Origin: Chlorokybus atmophyticus
Lineage: Eukaryota; Plantae; Mesostigma and Chlorokybus algae
Assembly (NCBI GenBank): GCA_009103225.1
Contig: RHPI01000638.1
Span: 744,001-808,000, forward strand
Direction of reading: 5' to 3'
DNA length: 64,000 bases
Shown: piece by piece, positions 49,635 to 61,187 of the stretch
Layout: each line of letters opens with the position of its first letter
How positions within the stretch are numbered: position 1 is the first letter of the stretch
Program-made: the position numbers and the translations under genes
The notes under the pieces: generated by a model
What the model saw: only the letters and a program-made list of their open reading frames with translations
What the model was told of the DNA's origin: nothing
The model's database searches: none

Positions 49635-51904
49635 CTAACAGCTGGGCAGCCCAGTCAATTGTGACTGCATTGACTTGCTTTTGGGCTTGCTGTCAACCCA
49701 GTGACACAAACCGTCCTGCACAAACCCCTGCACGAATATGCATCAGCAATCCACTGCTGTTAGTACATTTTTCTACCTCCCAAAGCATCAATTCTGCAGC
49801 GCAGGCAGGCTTCTTACCAGTTGCATGAACATCTTGCGTGAGGCGTTGTTGCTAATGTCGACCCACACATACGGCGTCATGCCACTGGCGAGTTGCGCCT
49901 CCGCGAGTGCCACGACCGCTGCTTTCGCCAGACCTTTTCTCCTGTACTCCTGTGCACATCAAGCAAGTCATCAGTAGCTCCATGGAAAGACCCCATGCAA
50001 CAAAAACAGTGGCATCGCTTGCTGTACCATATACAGCATCCATGCATTCACACATGCACACGTGTGCATGCACACGTGTGCGTGCGCACGCGCGCACATG
50101 GTTGGCATATGTGTGACATGCGGGGCTGACCTCCAGCGTGTGGACCATGCCAAGGGCGCCATATGCGTACGTGAGTGCCCATGCCACTAGCGGCTGATTG
50201 AAGTCATACTCCCCATCTGCGGGCGCACAAACGCGTATGTTACTCATAGATTAGCAGTTGACAAGCCAACAAGCCACCTTGCTTCTCTCACCATTGCTGC
50301 ACCGCACGCCAACAGAAGGTAGCGCCTTGATGAGTTGGCGCTGGTATGTTGGGTCCTTGCCATACGGCCAGTGGTGGGCGACCTGCACAACATATTGATC
50401 AGCTGCAGCTTGAACTTAGCATGAGTTAAAATAAATTGGAGCCAATGGTGTTGTTACCAACTCTGCATCTTCTTCTCTTAGTGGCCCGAGCGCAAAGCCA
50501 CTTTCTGGTAGCGAACCCGTCAGGACACTTGCATCTTGCAGCATGAGCCTGTCATTCGGGTACACCTACCAAGCGTTACGCAACAAACATTGTGGACGCA
50601 ATACTCGGCAGTGGCAGCAAGCACATGCACCGGACCTGTCATACGCAACAAGGTCTCTAGTTATGTTACTTATATTGTCTTTTTCTTGATGTTGAGTCAG
50701 CTATGTTGTTTACTGATGACTTGAGTTTGATGAAGCGCTAGACACACATACGGACAACGCACGGGGAGACACACTGCGCACGTGTGCCCACACGTGCAAG
50801 GACACGCACGGACGCACGCATGCACACATGCACACGCTCGCTCAGGTTCGCACACAACCATTTCACTCACCATTACGTCCGTCCCTGCAGCTTGACGCAG
50901 CAACTCCACATGCCTGTCTTCAAACGCGCCTGCATTTGCACACCAGTCGTACACTTACTGCCACTAACTTCATGCTTACAACTGCAAACTAGCCACAACA
51001 ACCACATGCAAACCCAAATGTACCTATCGACAGGTACAACGACTTGAACAACTCATCGGTGAAGGCGCTGGCAGCCGCCTCGCGGTGGATGGCATAGAAA
51101 TAGCAGGAGACGGCGTTGCCGTCGGTGTCATCATCATTGTTGTCGGCGTTGTTGTTGGAGGAAGAGGAGGTGTTCTCCTCTTTGGGTTCGTGGCGTCTGA
51201 GCCAGAAGAATGCTGCGGGATAGAGCAGCCTGCGCAGTAAGTCAGACTGCAGCAGCATGTTGGCCACACCAATCGCATGCCTACATTCGTGCACGCTGTG
51301 AATGATGGCATACTTAGTGCGCATAGCAATAGCTTGCCGGGATTTCCATGATAGCCACACATTATGCAATCACCATCACTATGCACACACGATGTGTGTG
51401 TAGTGGCCATTGCTGATGTGCCATGCGCATGGCTGCAATTAAGCTTCTATGTACACCCATCATGAGGTATTTAAGCAAGAATAACAAACCAGTTGTGTGT
51501 GTGCGCGTGCGCGTGGATGCGTGTGCGCAGGCGTGCGCGTGCTTGTGTGTGCGTGCGTGCGCATATGTACGCTCACACCTGTCAACATAGAACTCGTATC
51601 CATCCGCGAGGCTTGCGCGTTCGGGGTCAGGACTTAGCCACGCGCGGAGGCAGGATGCCACTTTCAGCCCGCTGCCATCGCGCTCCAAGCGCGTATCATC
51701 CAGGTACTGTTGGACGCCACGCTCGCTGTCTTTCACGGGCGGCAACGGCGGCGGGGCCAGATGCAGGCTGTGAGTTGGGTTGGTGTGGGTGGTGTTGCTG
51801 TTGCGGGAGTGTTTAGGCGGGTTCACTTGCGCTGCATTCGCGCGCTCGATCGCGTGCGCGAGGGGGAGAAGACAAGCCAAATCTCCGCGCTCGATGCGGA
51901 TCAT
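49635..51904 (-). CDS. GLYAT/FR47-like GNAT acetyltransferase (copy B, 8 exons in frame; possible extra 5' exon near 52520-52830)
   Basis: Exons join in frame through GT-AG sites: MIRIERGDL.., RLLYPAAFFWLRR.., GAFEDRHVELL.., VYPNDRL.., VAHHWPY.., PLVAWALTYAYGALGMVHTLE|EYRRKGLAKAAV..PYVWVDISNNASRKMFMQL|GF. RRKGLA is the GNAT acetyl-CoA motif A. Confidence 0.85.
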
Positions 51905-54900
51905 CGTGCGAATTGTCAGTTGACCTGATATACAGTTCTGTCGTTATCCCTGTCCAAGTAAGGCAACCGCTGCAGCAATAGGTGCTGCAGCAGTTTTGTG
52001 TATGCTGGCGTGCGCATGTGTGCATGTGTACAAAAGAACGTCGAGGGTGTTGACTGCGTGCAGCGCATGGCATATACCAACACACAACATGCATGACATG
52101 CATTACAAGCGCATGGCATACAACACCACTCAGTCAATAGGACACCACCGGGCTACTGTATGTACGTGTACAGGATCTCTGCCAATACGTGCTTACCATG
52201 CTAAGTTTGAATGCGCGCTTTTTCACTTCGTAGATTCAAGCCGTGACAAAACACGCACGCGCATTTACCCGTGTGCGTGTGTCTCTGTGAGGTGCAGTGG
52301 TCCACACCAGCAACGCCCTACATGCATGCCAACTGAGGATGGGCGCAGATGTATGTAAAAAAACCTATCATCTCAATCCCATAACCATACACAATATACC
52401 CAACAAGTGTGGTTGCCACCCTTGACGGCAGTCTAACAACCAGGTTGATGACTGACCCATGCTAGTGCAAGCTGCAGTGACGACCTCTCCAAGTCCGTAG
52501 CATGGCTTGGACACCGTACCTGCAGGCACGCACTTGAAGGTGGTGGACAAGGCAGAAGAAGAGGAGAAGAGGAGAAGACGCAGGCGGTGGAGGAGGCAAC
52601 GGAGGCGGCGGCGTGCATGCGTCGTTGCTTGGCAGGCGGCCTGTTTAGACAGTGGCAGTGTGTAGGCGTGAGCATCGACTACGGACAGTCGATGCCTGTC
52701 GGCCAAGCACGTCGACGGTCGACCGGCACGGCCTACACCCGGTAGTGCCCCGCTGTGCATTATCGCTACCGCAGGCAGGCATCGACTGTCGGTGCCATGC
52801 ACGGTCGTCGATGCACTAAAAGAAAACATTGAAGGATTACATAGTAACCTAGTATGACACGGTCACCCACTTTCTAGTAAGACCCAAACACGCTTTTGTC
52901 TTGTGTTGTATTTGCTTGCTGTGCACTAGCTCCGTTCAACTGTGTTTACTCGGTGCACGTGCGCACAGTTGTGTTTGGGCGCATACGTGCATGTGTGTAA
53001 GAAAACAAGTGTGTCGAGCAGATTTAATTGTCACTCTATGCACACATGAGTGCATGCTCGAGTGCGCACATGCACCCACCGCACCTTACTTGCACAAGCA
53101 TCCATATGGGTACATGCACGTTAGTACAATCAAATGCTTATGTGCGCACATACACGGTCGCATTGCGCGCACGCACGGAAAAGGATGAGGGACGCATACA
53201 TAACGCACTGCATGGCGCAACTGCTCATTGGCGCTGGTCAGCTGGCTCACTGCTTTTGCTTGTCTTGTTGTTTTGGATGTTGTTGCAATTGTTAGCGGTG
53301 CCCTCTACATCATTGCTGCTGTTGTGCAATGTTTCGACACGTGTTAGGTGTGGCGGTGCTTGTTGCATTGTTTAACCGCATCTACATATGTGCCAGAGCT
53401 AGTGCAACGCACACAACTGTATACTATGAATGACAAAATTTGCACACCCCACGCGTATGCGCATATGCGTATACATATGATGCGAGCAGACACGCACTCA
53501 GTCGGTTGCATGCCCTCGGGGAAAATATAATGGCACAGTACTTGAAACTCGAAAGATTGTGTTTGTAAACTCCAGCGGCAGCAGCAAAAACGCGCACGTG
53601 GTTTATTGCAAAAACACACTGCCGCACTTATGATTATACCCCAACTGCTGCTGTTATCATCACTTGCTTACTACCGAGCCAAAGCAGGCAACCCCTTCAC
53701 TCTCTTCCATACGGATTTTGCACAAATCTACAAACACATCAACAGGTGAGTCCGACTCACCGAGTCGGTGCGCAATTCAGATGCATACTACGGGGGTTAT
53801 GGTTTGGTTCACTGATCAAGTTGCAGAGTCGTTATAGCCGTTATTTGAAGCATGCAAGTGCATCAATGCCAACAACCCGCTCATGCTGAACGGGCTTGCA
53901 GCGGTGTATGCCTTATGTAGACACGTCATACCGTTGTTGTGCACATGTGGGAAAATTCGTGTTTATTTGCGATGAGAGCAACGAAATGCGCGTTTTGTGC
54001 AGTGATGTTGTTCGCGTTGAACCGACCAACGCGACGGTCGGTTGCGCCACTTGTGGCGTACCCCGTACACGATGGTGTACGCAAAATTATAATAGTGGTT
54101 GTCATGTTATAGCTGGTGCTCGGACTGGTACTCGTGCATTGGAAGGCGAAGCACGATATGTGTGTCTCTCTCACCTCCCTCCATGTATGTCCAATGTTAC
54201 GTGTGTGCATGCGGAGTACAAGCTAGTGCGTGCGCATTATTGCACCGCGGACGAGTTTTGCCAATGTGTGAGAGTGTATGCCAGCGTGCGTGCAAGTGGG
54301 TCCGTGGGTACTATTTCAATGAGGAGTGTTGGCCTCCATGCGTGCGTGTGCGTTAGATGCATATACATGTGTATGCTCGCTTGTATGTGCGAGCACTGTG
54401 GCACGCATGTGGGATGCGTGGGTACGTGTCGGTTTATAGTAGTGCGGGCGGGTGCTACCGGCGTTCGTGTGCGCATGTGTGCCGTTGTGCCCGCGACTCA
54501 ATAGCTTCACTGGTTGCCTTGTGTACGTGGACACAACAATGCTGTTACATGCATACACGCTCACAGTGCTGTCACATTGTGCAACATGCAGCTGCAGTGC
54601 GAGCGCGTACTGAACTAGCTGCGATGATTTGCAATGTGTATAAACGACTCTTTGCAGAGTTCACTTCGCGGTAGGCCAACCCCGCAACAACTATGACTCG
54701 AGAACTTTGCACGTACACCGTCGCTCAATTGCATGATGCCAAAGTATAGATACTGAGTTGGGCTTAGACTGGCAGTGGCACTGACCCGAGAACCCATACA
54801 ACATATGCGTCGACGATGTGCAACTTGCACATGAGTTGAACTCATGCTTTAAGAACTATGGATTCGACTATCATGCCGTACACTCATCTACTTGCTACGG

Positions 54901-55148
54901 TGAGCTACCAACAACAAAGGTATGTATGTTAACGACACTCTTCGTGTTGTGCGTCCAGCCGTCACGCTCCTTGTCACACTGACTAGGCCAATGTCTTGCA
55001 ACAACAACAGGTTGCATCCACCTAGTGGTTTAGGCGTGTATGCGCACACATGTGTCTGCGTGCATGAGCATGCACATGAGGTTGACCTTGGGGGCGTTTG
55101 CAGTGCAAACAAGGGCGCACACATTGCAATGGCACAACACACCCGCTG

Positions 55149-55181
55149 GTGGAAGTCCACGGCATCGCCGTGGACTTCCAC
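55149..55181. other. Perfect 15-bp hairpin with a 3-nt loop
   Basis: GTGGAAGTCCACGGC-ATC-GCCGTGGACTTCCAC. Confidence 0.9.
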
Positions 55182-55887
55182 GCTGTGCGAAGCGCAGGCC
55201 ACGCAGCAAATGCGTGCGCTCGTTCAAGTTGGTTCAACATGCTCAACTCAAAGGGTGCCTGTGCGTGATGAAAAGGGGAAGAGCACGAGCCCTCACCTAA
55301 TGCGCAATGCAAAGGCCCCAACATGCATACATGATACCACCGTCAGTACAGCATGTATACACCGTGAGGTATGCTCTACGTACACATGCACGGGGATATA
55401 AACACACGCGCATGACGCCGAGTCTCGCCCACATGCTCGCATGTAGGCACATGTCTCCAATACAGCATATGTTGCGCGTCAAGTGAAAAATGTGACAACA
55501 TCATCATTGTGCGCAGCGCCTCTGTTAGGCGGGTATGCGGTTTCAAACCAACAAGTTGTTGGCTAGATAGATTATGCTCTCACAGTCATTGCATGTTGTG
55601 TTGTCGTGTTGTTTGTTGTCAACACGCTCTTCCCCCATTGCTTTGGGAGGGCAGAGTACTGCGCGCATGTGCACCATGTTGTGTGCGTGTGCGCAGCTGT
55701 GTGCTAGTTGATGTTGCCTTCTGTTGACCGTGGAGCACACACATGCGAATGTGCATATGTAACAAGCCTACTTGTGATATGTCGCTTACAACATGACGGA
55801 TCAATGGGTAACTTTTGGACTGACCGGATGCCATCGCCTGAGGACGCTTGAAGCGCGCGCCAAGTCCAGCACTCCGTTTGTTAAACA

Positions 55888-55888
55888 G

Positions 55889-55924
<36 letters not shown>

Positions 55925-55926
55925 AC

Positions 55927-55978
<52 letters not shown>

Positions 55979-55996
55979 GCACGCACGCACACACAC
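55888..55996. repeat. (CA)n/(CGCA)n microsatellite
   Basis: About 110 bp of alternating purine-pyrimidine sequence. Confidence 0.95.
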
Positions 55997-56702
55997 TGCT
56001 GACAGAGGTCGAGGGTGTAGCGGGAGTGCGCGCATACTGCCCTCTCACGATGAGGCCCACACGCGCCTAATTGTTGTTGCACTGGTTGTTGCATGTGGGG
56101 CTGGGGGGGCGAATATGTGGTGAACAGCGAAGGGGACTCTCAAGCGACCAACCTTGTGAATGAGTGACGCAGCAGCAGCAGCAGCAACTTGCATGCATTT
56201 CCATGGCAGCAGGCATGGAAAGCCTTGCTGCTGTTGTCAATCACATTGATAGTGATACAACATTCCGTCAACGCACTGGTGTTGAGGAGGTACACTCCCA
56301 TCCAACCAGGCGCTTTCTTGGCTGCATTCACTCAAATTGTTGCGCACTGCGCCAGCTAGAAAATGTTCAGCTTCACAGACAGACTTAATGGTTTCATCGG
56401 CCATGCCTAAGATTGGATGCGACTCACGACATCAATAAGAAATGTCAACCCTGTCTCATAATTCGTTTTGCCAACCTCGCGACCATGTGGCTCTGTACAA
56501 CCGGACAACGGTTGTGAATATGTGGCTATCAGGTTTGTTGTGTGGCATATGTTTGCGTATTGTTTTACAGCAGTAGGAACTCCAGCTTGTCCATCTGGTT
56601 AGGCAGCGCCGACATGTTATACCCGCTTAATCCTCTGCATGTCATAACATCATGTCATGTTCCACTCATGACAAGCAGTAGCCCCCTGGTAGCGAACCCG
56701 TC

Positions 56703-57058
56703 NNNNNNNNNNNNNNNNNNNNNNNNNNNNNNNNNNNNNNNNNNNNNNNNNNNNNNNNNNNNNNNNNNNNNNNNNNNNNNNNNNNNNNNNNNNNNNNNNN
56801 NNNNNNNNNNNNNNNNNNNNNNNNNNNNNNNNNNNNNNNNNNNNNNNNNNNNNNNNNNNNNNNNNNNNNNNNNNNNNNNNNNNNNNNNNNNNNNNNNNNN
56901 NNNNNNNNNNNNNNNNNNNNNNNNNNNNNNNNNNNNNNNNNNNNNNNNNNNNNNNNNNNNNNNNNNNNNNNNNNNNNNNNNNNNNNNNNNNNNNNNNNNN
57001 NNNNNNNNNNNNNNNNNNNNNNNNNNNNNNNNNNNNNNNNNNNNNNNNNNNNNNNNNN
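56703..57058. other. Assembly gap (356 N)
   Basis: Run of N. Confidence 1.

Positions 57059-57136
<78 letters not shown>
57059..57136. repeat. (TC)39 microsatellite next to the gap
   Basis: Read from the sequence. Confidence 0.95.
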
Positions 57137-57140
<4 letters not shown>

Positions 57141-57564
57141 GTGTGGCAATCAGTGAATAACACGGTGTTATGCGCGCATGCGCGGCCTTTCCAGGTGGTC
57201 AAAATGCACAAATTTTGTGGTATGGCTGATGCAGCGGAGTCATTCCAGGCTTTTGCCAGCTGCACAGCACGATGTGCAATACATGTACATTCGTAAGGTT
57301 TGTGCGCCTTGCACCCCAAGTTGAGAGCTTACTTGTTTTGATTGAGTTACTAACTTATCCTTGCTGCAAGTGCTCAAGTTTTGTGTGTCACAGACCACTG
57401 CCTGTAGCTGCGCAGGATTGCTCATGTCATGCTCTGAGCGTCGTTGAGCAAGTATGGTATCCGCAGCAGCAGTGCAACCCAATGTGTAATGCCGCAACGT
57501 CAACAGACTGTTGATGTTGTCATGTTGTTTCTCAGTACACATGCAAGCACGCGCCCAGTCAACG

Positions 57565-59761
57565 TTATGACCACGCTGGCTCCTTTTTGGGTCTGCTGTC
57601 AACCCAATGACACAAACCGTCCTGCACAAACCCCTGCCACGCACAACACCCACTACTGTTGGCACACATTGAATCGATACCACATAATCCAAAAAGCATC
57701 AAGTCTGCAGCGCAGGCAGGCAGGCTCGTACCAGTTGCAAGAACATCTGGCGCGAGGCGTTGTTGTTGACGTCGACCCACACGTACGGCGTCATGCTGCT
57801 GGCGAGTTGCGCCTCCGCAAGTGCCACCACCGCTGCTTTTGCCAGACCGTTTCTCCTGTACTCCTGTGCATATCAAGCAAGTCATCAGTAGCTCCATGGA
57901 AAAACCCATGCAACAAAATCACTGGCATTGCTTGCTGTACCATATACAGCATCCAAGCATTCACACATGCACACGTGTGCGTGCGCACGCGCGCACGTGG
58001 TTGCATATGTGTGACATGCGGGGCGCACCTCCAGCGTGTGGACCATGCCAAGGGCGCCATGCGGATACGTGAGTGCCCATGCCACTAGCGGCTGACAGAA
58101 GTCGTACTTCCCGTCTGTACGCGCACACCCACATCATACAACACATGTTGGTCATAGATCAGCAGTAATCAAGCTAGCCAACAAGCCACCTTCCTTCTCT
58201 CACCATTGCTGCATCGCACGCCAACTGAAGGTAGCGCCTTAATGAGATGGCGCGGGTAAGTCGGGTCATTGCCATAAGGGCAGTGGTGGGCTACCTGCGC
58301 GAGTACAAACAACAGACAGACAGATTCAGCTTGAAGTCCACATGAGACAAACCAATCACAAGGTAGTATTAATTCTACCAAGTCTGCATCTTCTTCTCTC
58401 AGGGGCCCGAGCGCGAAGCCACTTTCTGGTAGTGGGCCTGCCAGGACGCTTGCGCCCCGCAGCGTGAGCCTGTCGCTCGGGTACACCTGGCAGGAGACAC
58501 ACACCACGGAAACATGCATGCATTACTGGCAGTGGGAGCATCACGCACCTCAGTCAATCAACCTGCCCTGCACAGTGAGGTCTCTGATTGACTTTGGTTC
58601 TTCTTTATCCTTTGATGTGCAACTTGTTTGCTGATGAGTTCAGTCTTGTACTTGCCAACACACAGGCAGACATACAACCCGTATGGGCGCACACGCACAC
58701 GCACACGCTTTCCGAGCTGGCACATCCACTCCAGCACTCACCATTACTTCCGTCCCAGCGCCTTGACGCAGCAACTCAACATGCCTGTCTTCCAATGCAC
58801 CTGCGCTTGCACATGAGATGTTCACTGGCTGCCACACACAAGCTCATGCTCACACCAACAGACAACACACAACAACCACATCAACAGGCACATGTACCTA
58901 TCGACAGGTGCAACGACCTAAAAATCTCATCGGCAAAGGCGCTGGCAGCCGCATCGCAGTGGATGGCATAGAAATAGCAGGAGACAGCGTTGGTATTATT
59001 GTCATTGGCGTCATTGTTGTTGTTGTTGTTGTTGACAGAAGCGTCTTCTCCGGGGCGTCTGAGCCAGAAGAATACTGCGGGATAGGGCAGCCTGCAAGGT
59101 GAGTCAGACTGCAGCAGCATGTTCACAACACTAGTCACATGCTTTCATTCGTGTATGTTGTTGGCATAAGCAGCGCACACACAGTAACAGCTAACTGGGA
59201 GTACCATTGCATGACCGTAGATACATTCACAGTTACCATCAGTGTACATGCACATAATGTGCGTGTAGTGCCAATTGCTATCGTAGCGCGATGCGCATGG
59301 CCGCAAGTAGTGAGCTTGTATGTGACAGCCAACCACTTGAATTTGATCAGTATCTAGGCTTGCAACGAGCGACCATTGTCTAGGTGGGTGCGTGTGCACA
59401 GGCGTGCACGTGTTGTTCATGTGTGTGCTTACCTGTCAACATAGAACTCGTATCCATCTGCTAAACGCGCTTGCTCGAGGTTGGGACTTAGCCACGCGCG
59501 GAGGCAGGCTGCCACTTTGAGCCCACTTCCATCACGCTCAAAGCGCGTATCATCCAGGTACTGTTGGACGACACGCTCGCTGTCTGTCGCGGGCGGCAAC
59601 GGGGGCGGGGCCACATGCAGGCTGTGAGTCGGGTTGGTGTGGGTGGTGTTGGCGTTGCAGGTTGGTGTGGGTGGTGTTGGCAATGGGGCTGCATTCGCGC
59701 GCTCGATGGCGTGCGCGAGAGGGAGAAGACAAGCTAAATCTCCGCGCTCGATGCGGATCAT
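57565..59761 (-). CDS. GLYAT/FR47-like GNAT acetyltransferase (copy C, 8 exons in frame)
   Basis: Same exon-intron structure as copy B; EYRRNGLAKAAV..PYVWVDVNNNASRQMFLQL|GFVQDGLCHWVD. The upstream region 60150-60550 is homologous to 52500-52860. Confidence 0.85.
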
Positions 59762-61187
59762 TGTGCCAATTGCAACACGCACACCTAATGCATGACAATG
59801 TCTTCATCAACATCAGTACAGATTAGTACTATCAGGTGTGACAGCTGTGCAGCAACGGCTGCAGCGGTGGTTGCCTTGCAGTTTTGCGTGTGTGCGTGCG
59901 TGCATGTGTTTGTATGTGTGAGGCCTTCCAGCAACACGTGCTGAACATGCCATGACAGAGTATGCACATGCCCATGGAAGTGCATCAACCCGTGTGTGCG
60001 TGCATGCGCATGTGTCTCTGTAAGGTGCAGTAATCACCACACCAACAACGCCCACCTCAGCAGACATTGTACATCTATGCCAACGGTGTCACGAGCTCAC
60101 AACAACCAGTGTATGTGATGTAACCATTGACTTCAGTCCAACAACCAGATCATGCACCTGCAATATGGCAAAGTCTGCAAACCACTGACTTGGTTTACAG
60201 ACTGCGAATGCAGGCACGCACTCGAAGGTCGTGGTGGAGGAAGAGGAGGAGGAGGCGGAGAAGCCGGCGGAGGCGGCGGCGGAGGCGGAGGCGGAGGTGG
60301 AGGTGGAGGTGGAGGCGGCGTGCATGTGCCCGCTTGGCAAGCAGCGTCTGTTTAAAATACTGGCTGTGTGGGCGTGAGCATCGACCACCGACGTATGTCA
60401 CGTCGACGGTCGACCGCCACGCTGCCCTACGGTAACTGAACTACCTGTGCATTGTAGCTAGTTTGCGCTGCGCTGACAATCCTCGACTTTCCGCCATGCA
60501 CGGTCGTCGACGCACTAGTATAGGGGGTGAGTCAGAGTGTATATGACACAGGCACTCTCTGCCATGGAGCTGGCCTGCGGATTAGGGCGGCGGTGAGTGG
60601 CGCGGGAGAGCGGTAAGGGAGGAGCGGGAGTAAAGGACTAGCGGGCGTCGGTGCACTCAGGCCCTTGCCTCGGGTTGCCCCAGGTGCCTTGCTCGTGCTC
60701 ACGCTTTGTTACTGTGACACTTGTCGCTATTTTTCCCACTCCCTCATTCTTGCGGTGTCTGTTAGAATCAAATGCAGCCTGATCCCTCCTGCTTCTTCCC
60801 CATACCTGCTCTGATTCTGTCACCCTCCCTCCTCTCTTGTTTCTCTATGCCTCGTCCCTTCACCTTGCCAGCTTCTTTGTACCCTCCCTCCTCTCTTGTT
60901 TCTTTATATCTCTCCCTTTCACCCTGACTGCTCTCCCTCCCTCCCTCCCTCCCTCCCTCCCTTTCTCTCTTAGTGTCAAACACAGCCGTGGTTTCCCTCT
61001 CTCATTTGAGCTTTTCTGTCGCCTTAGCTCCGACTCTCTTGACACACGGACCTTCCTCCTTCTAACCCTTACTCTCCAGCGCCTCTTCCCATTTATTGCC
61101 AATAGCTATGTCTAGTTCTCTCTCTCAATGCATGGAACAGCCGCTTACTCTCTCCTTGTGCTGTTTGTGTCTCATTGCTTGCCGCAG

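Noticed and set aside
53700-55200. FkbM-type methyltransferase suggested by VDLCKIRMEESE and VEVHG
   Set aside because: The motifs are in the wrong order on the minus strand and the similarity is weak.
55149-55200. Helitron 3' end
   Set aside because: The hairpin is not followed by CTRR on either strand.
55619-56123. ORFs with RVCVCV or HTHTHT repeats
   Set aside because: Translations of a (CA)n microsatellite.
56542-57319. Long ORFs spanning the N gap and poly-ER/SL
   Set aside because: Artefacts of Ns and the (TC)n tract.
60600-61100. CT-rich region with ~60-bp imperfect duplication, considered as a SINE or ORF
   Set aside because: Low-complexity sequence with no A/B boxes, poly-A tail or TSD.
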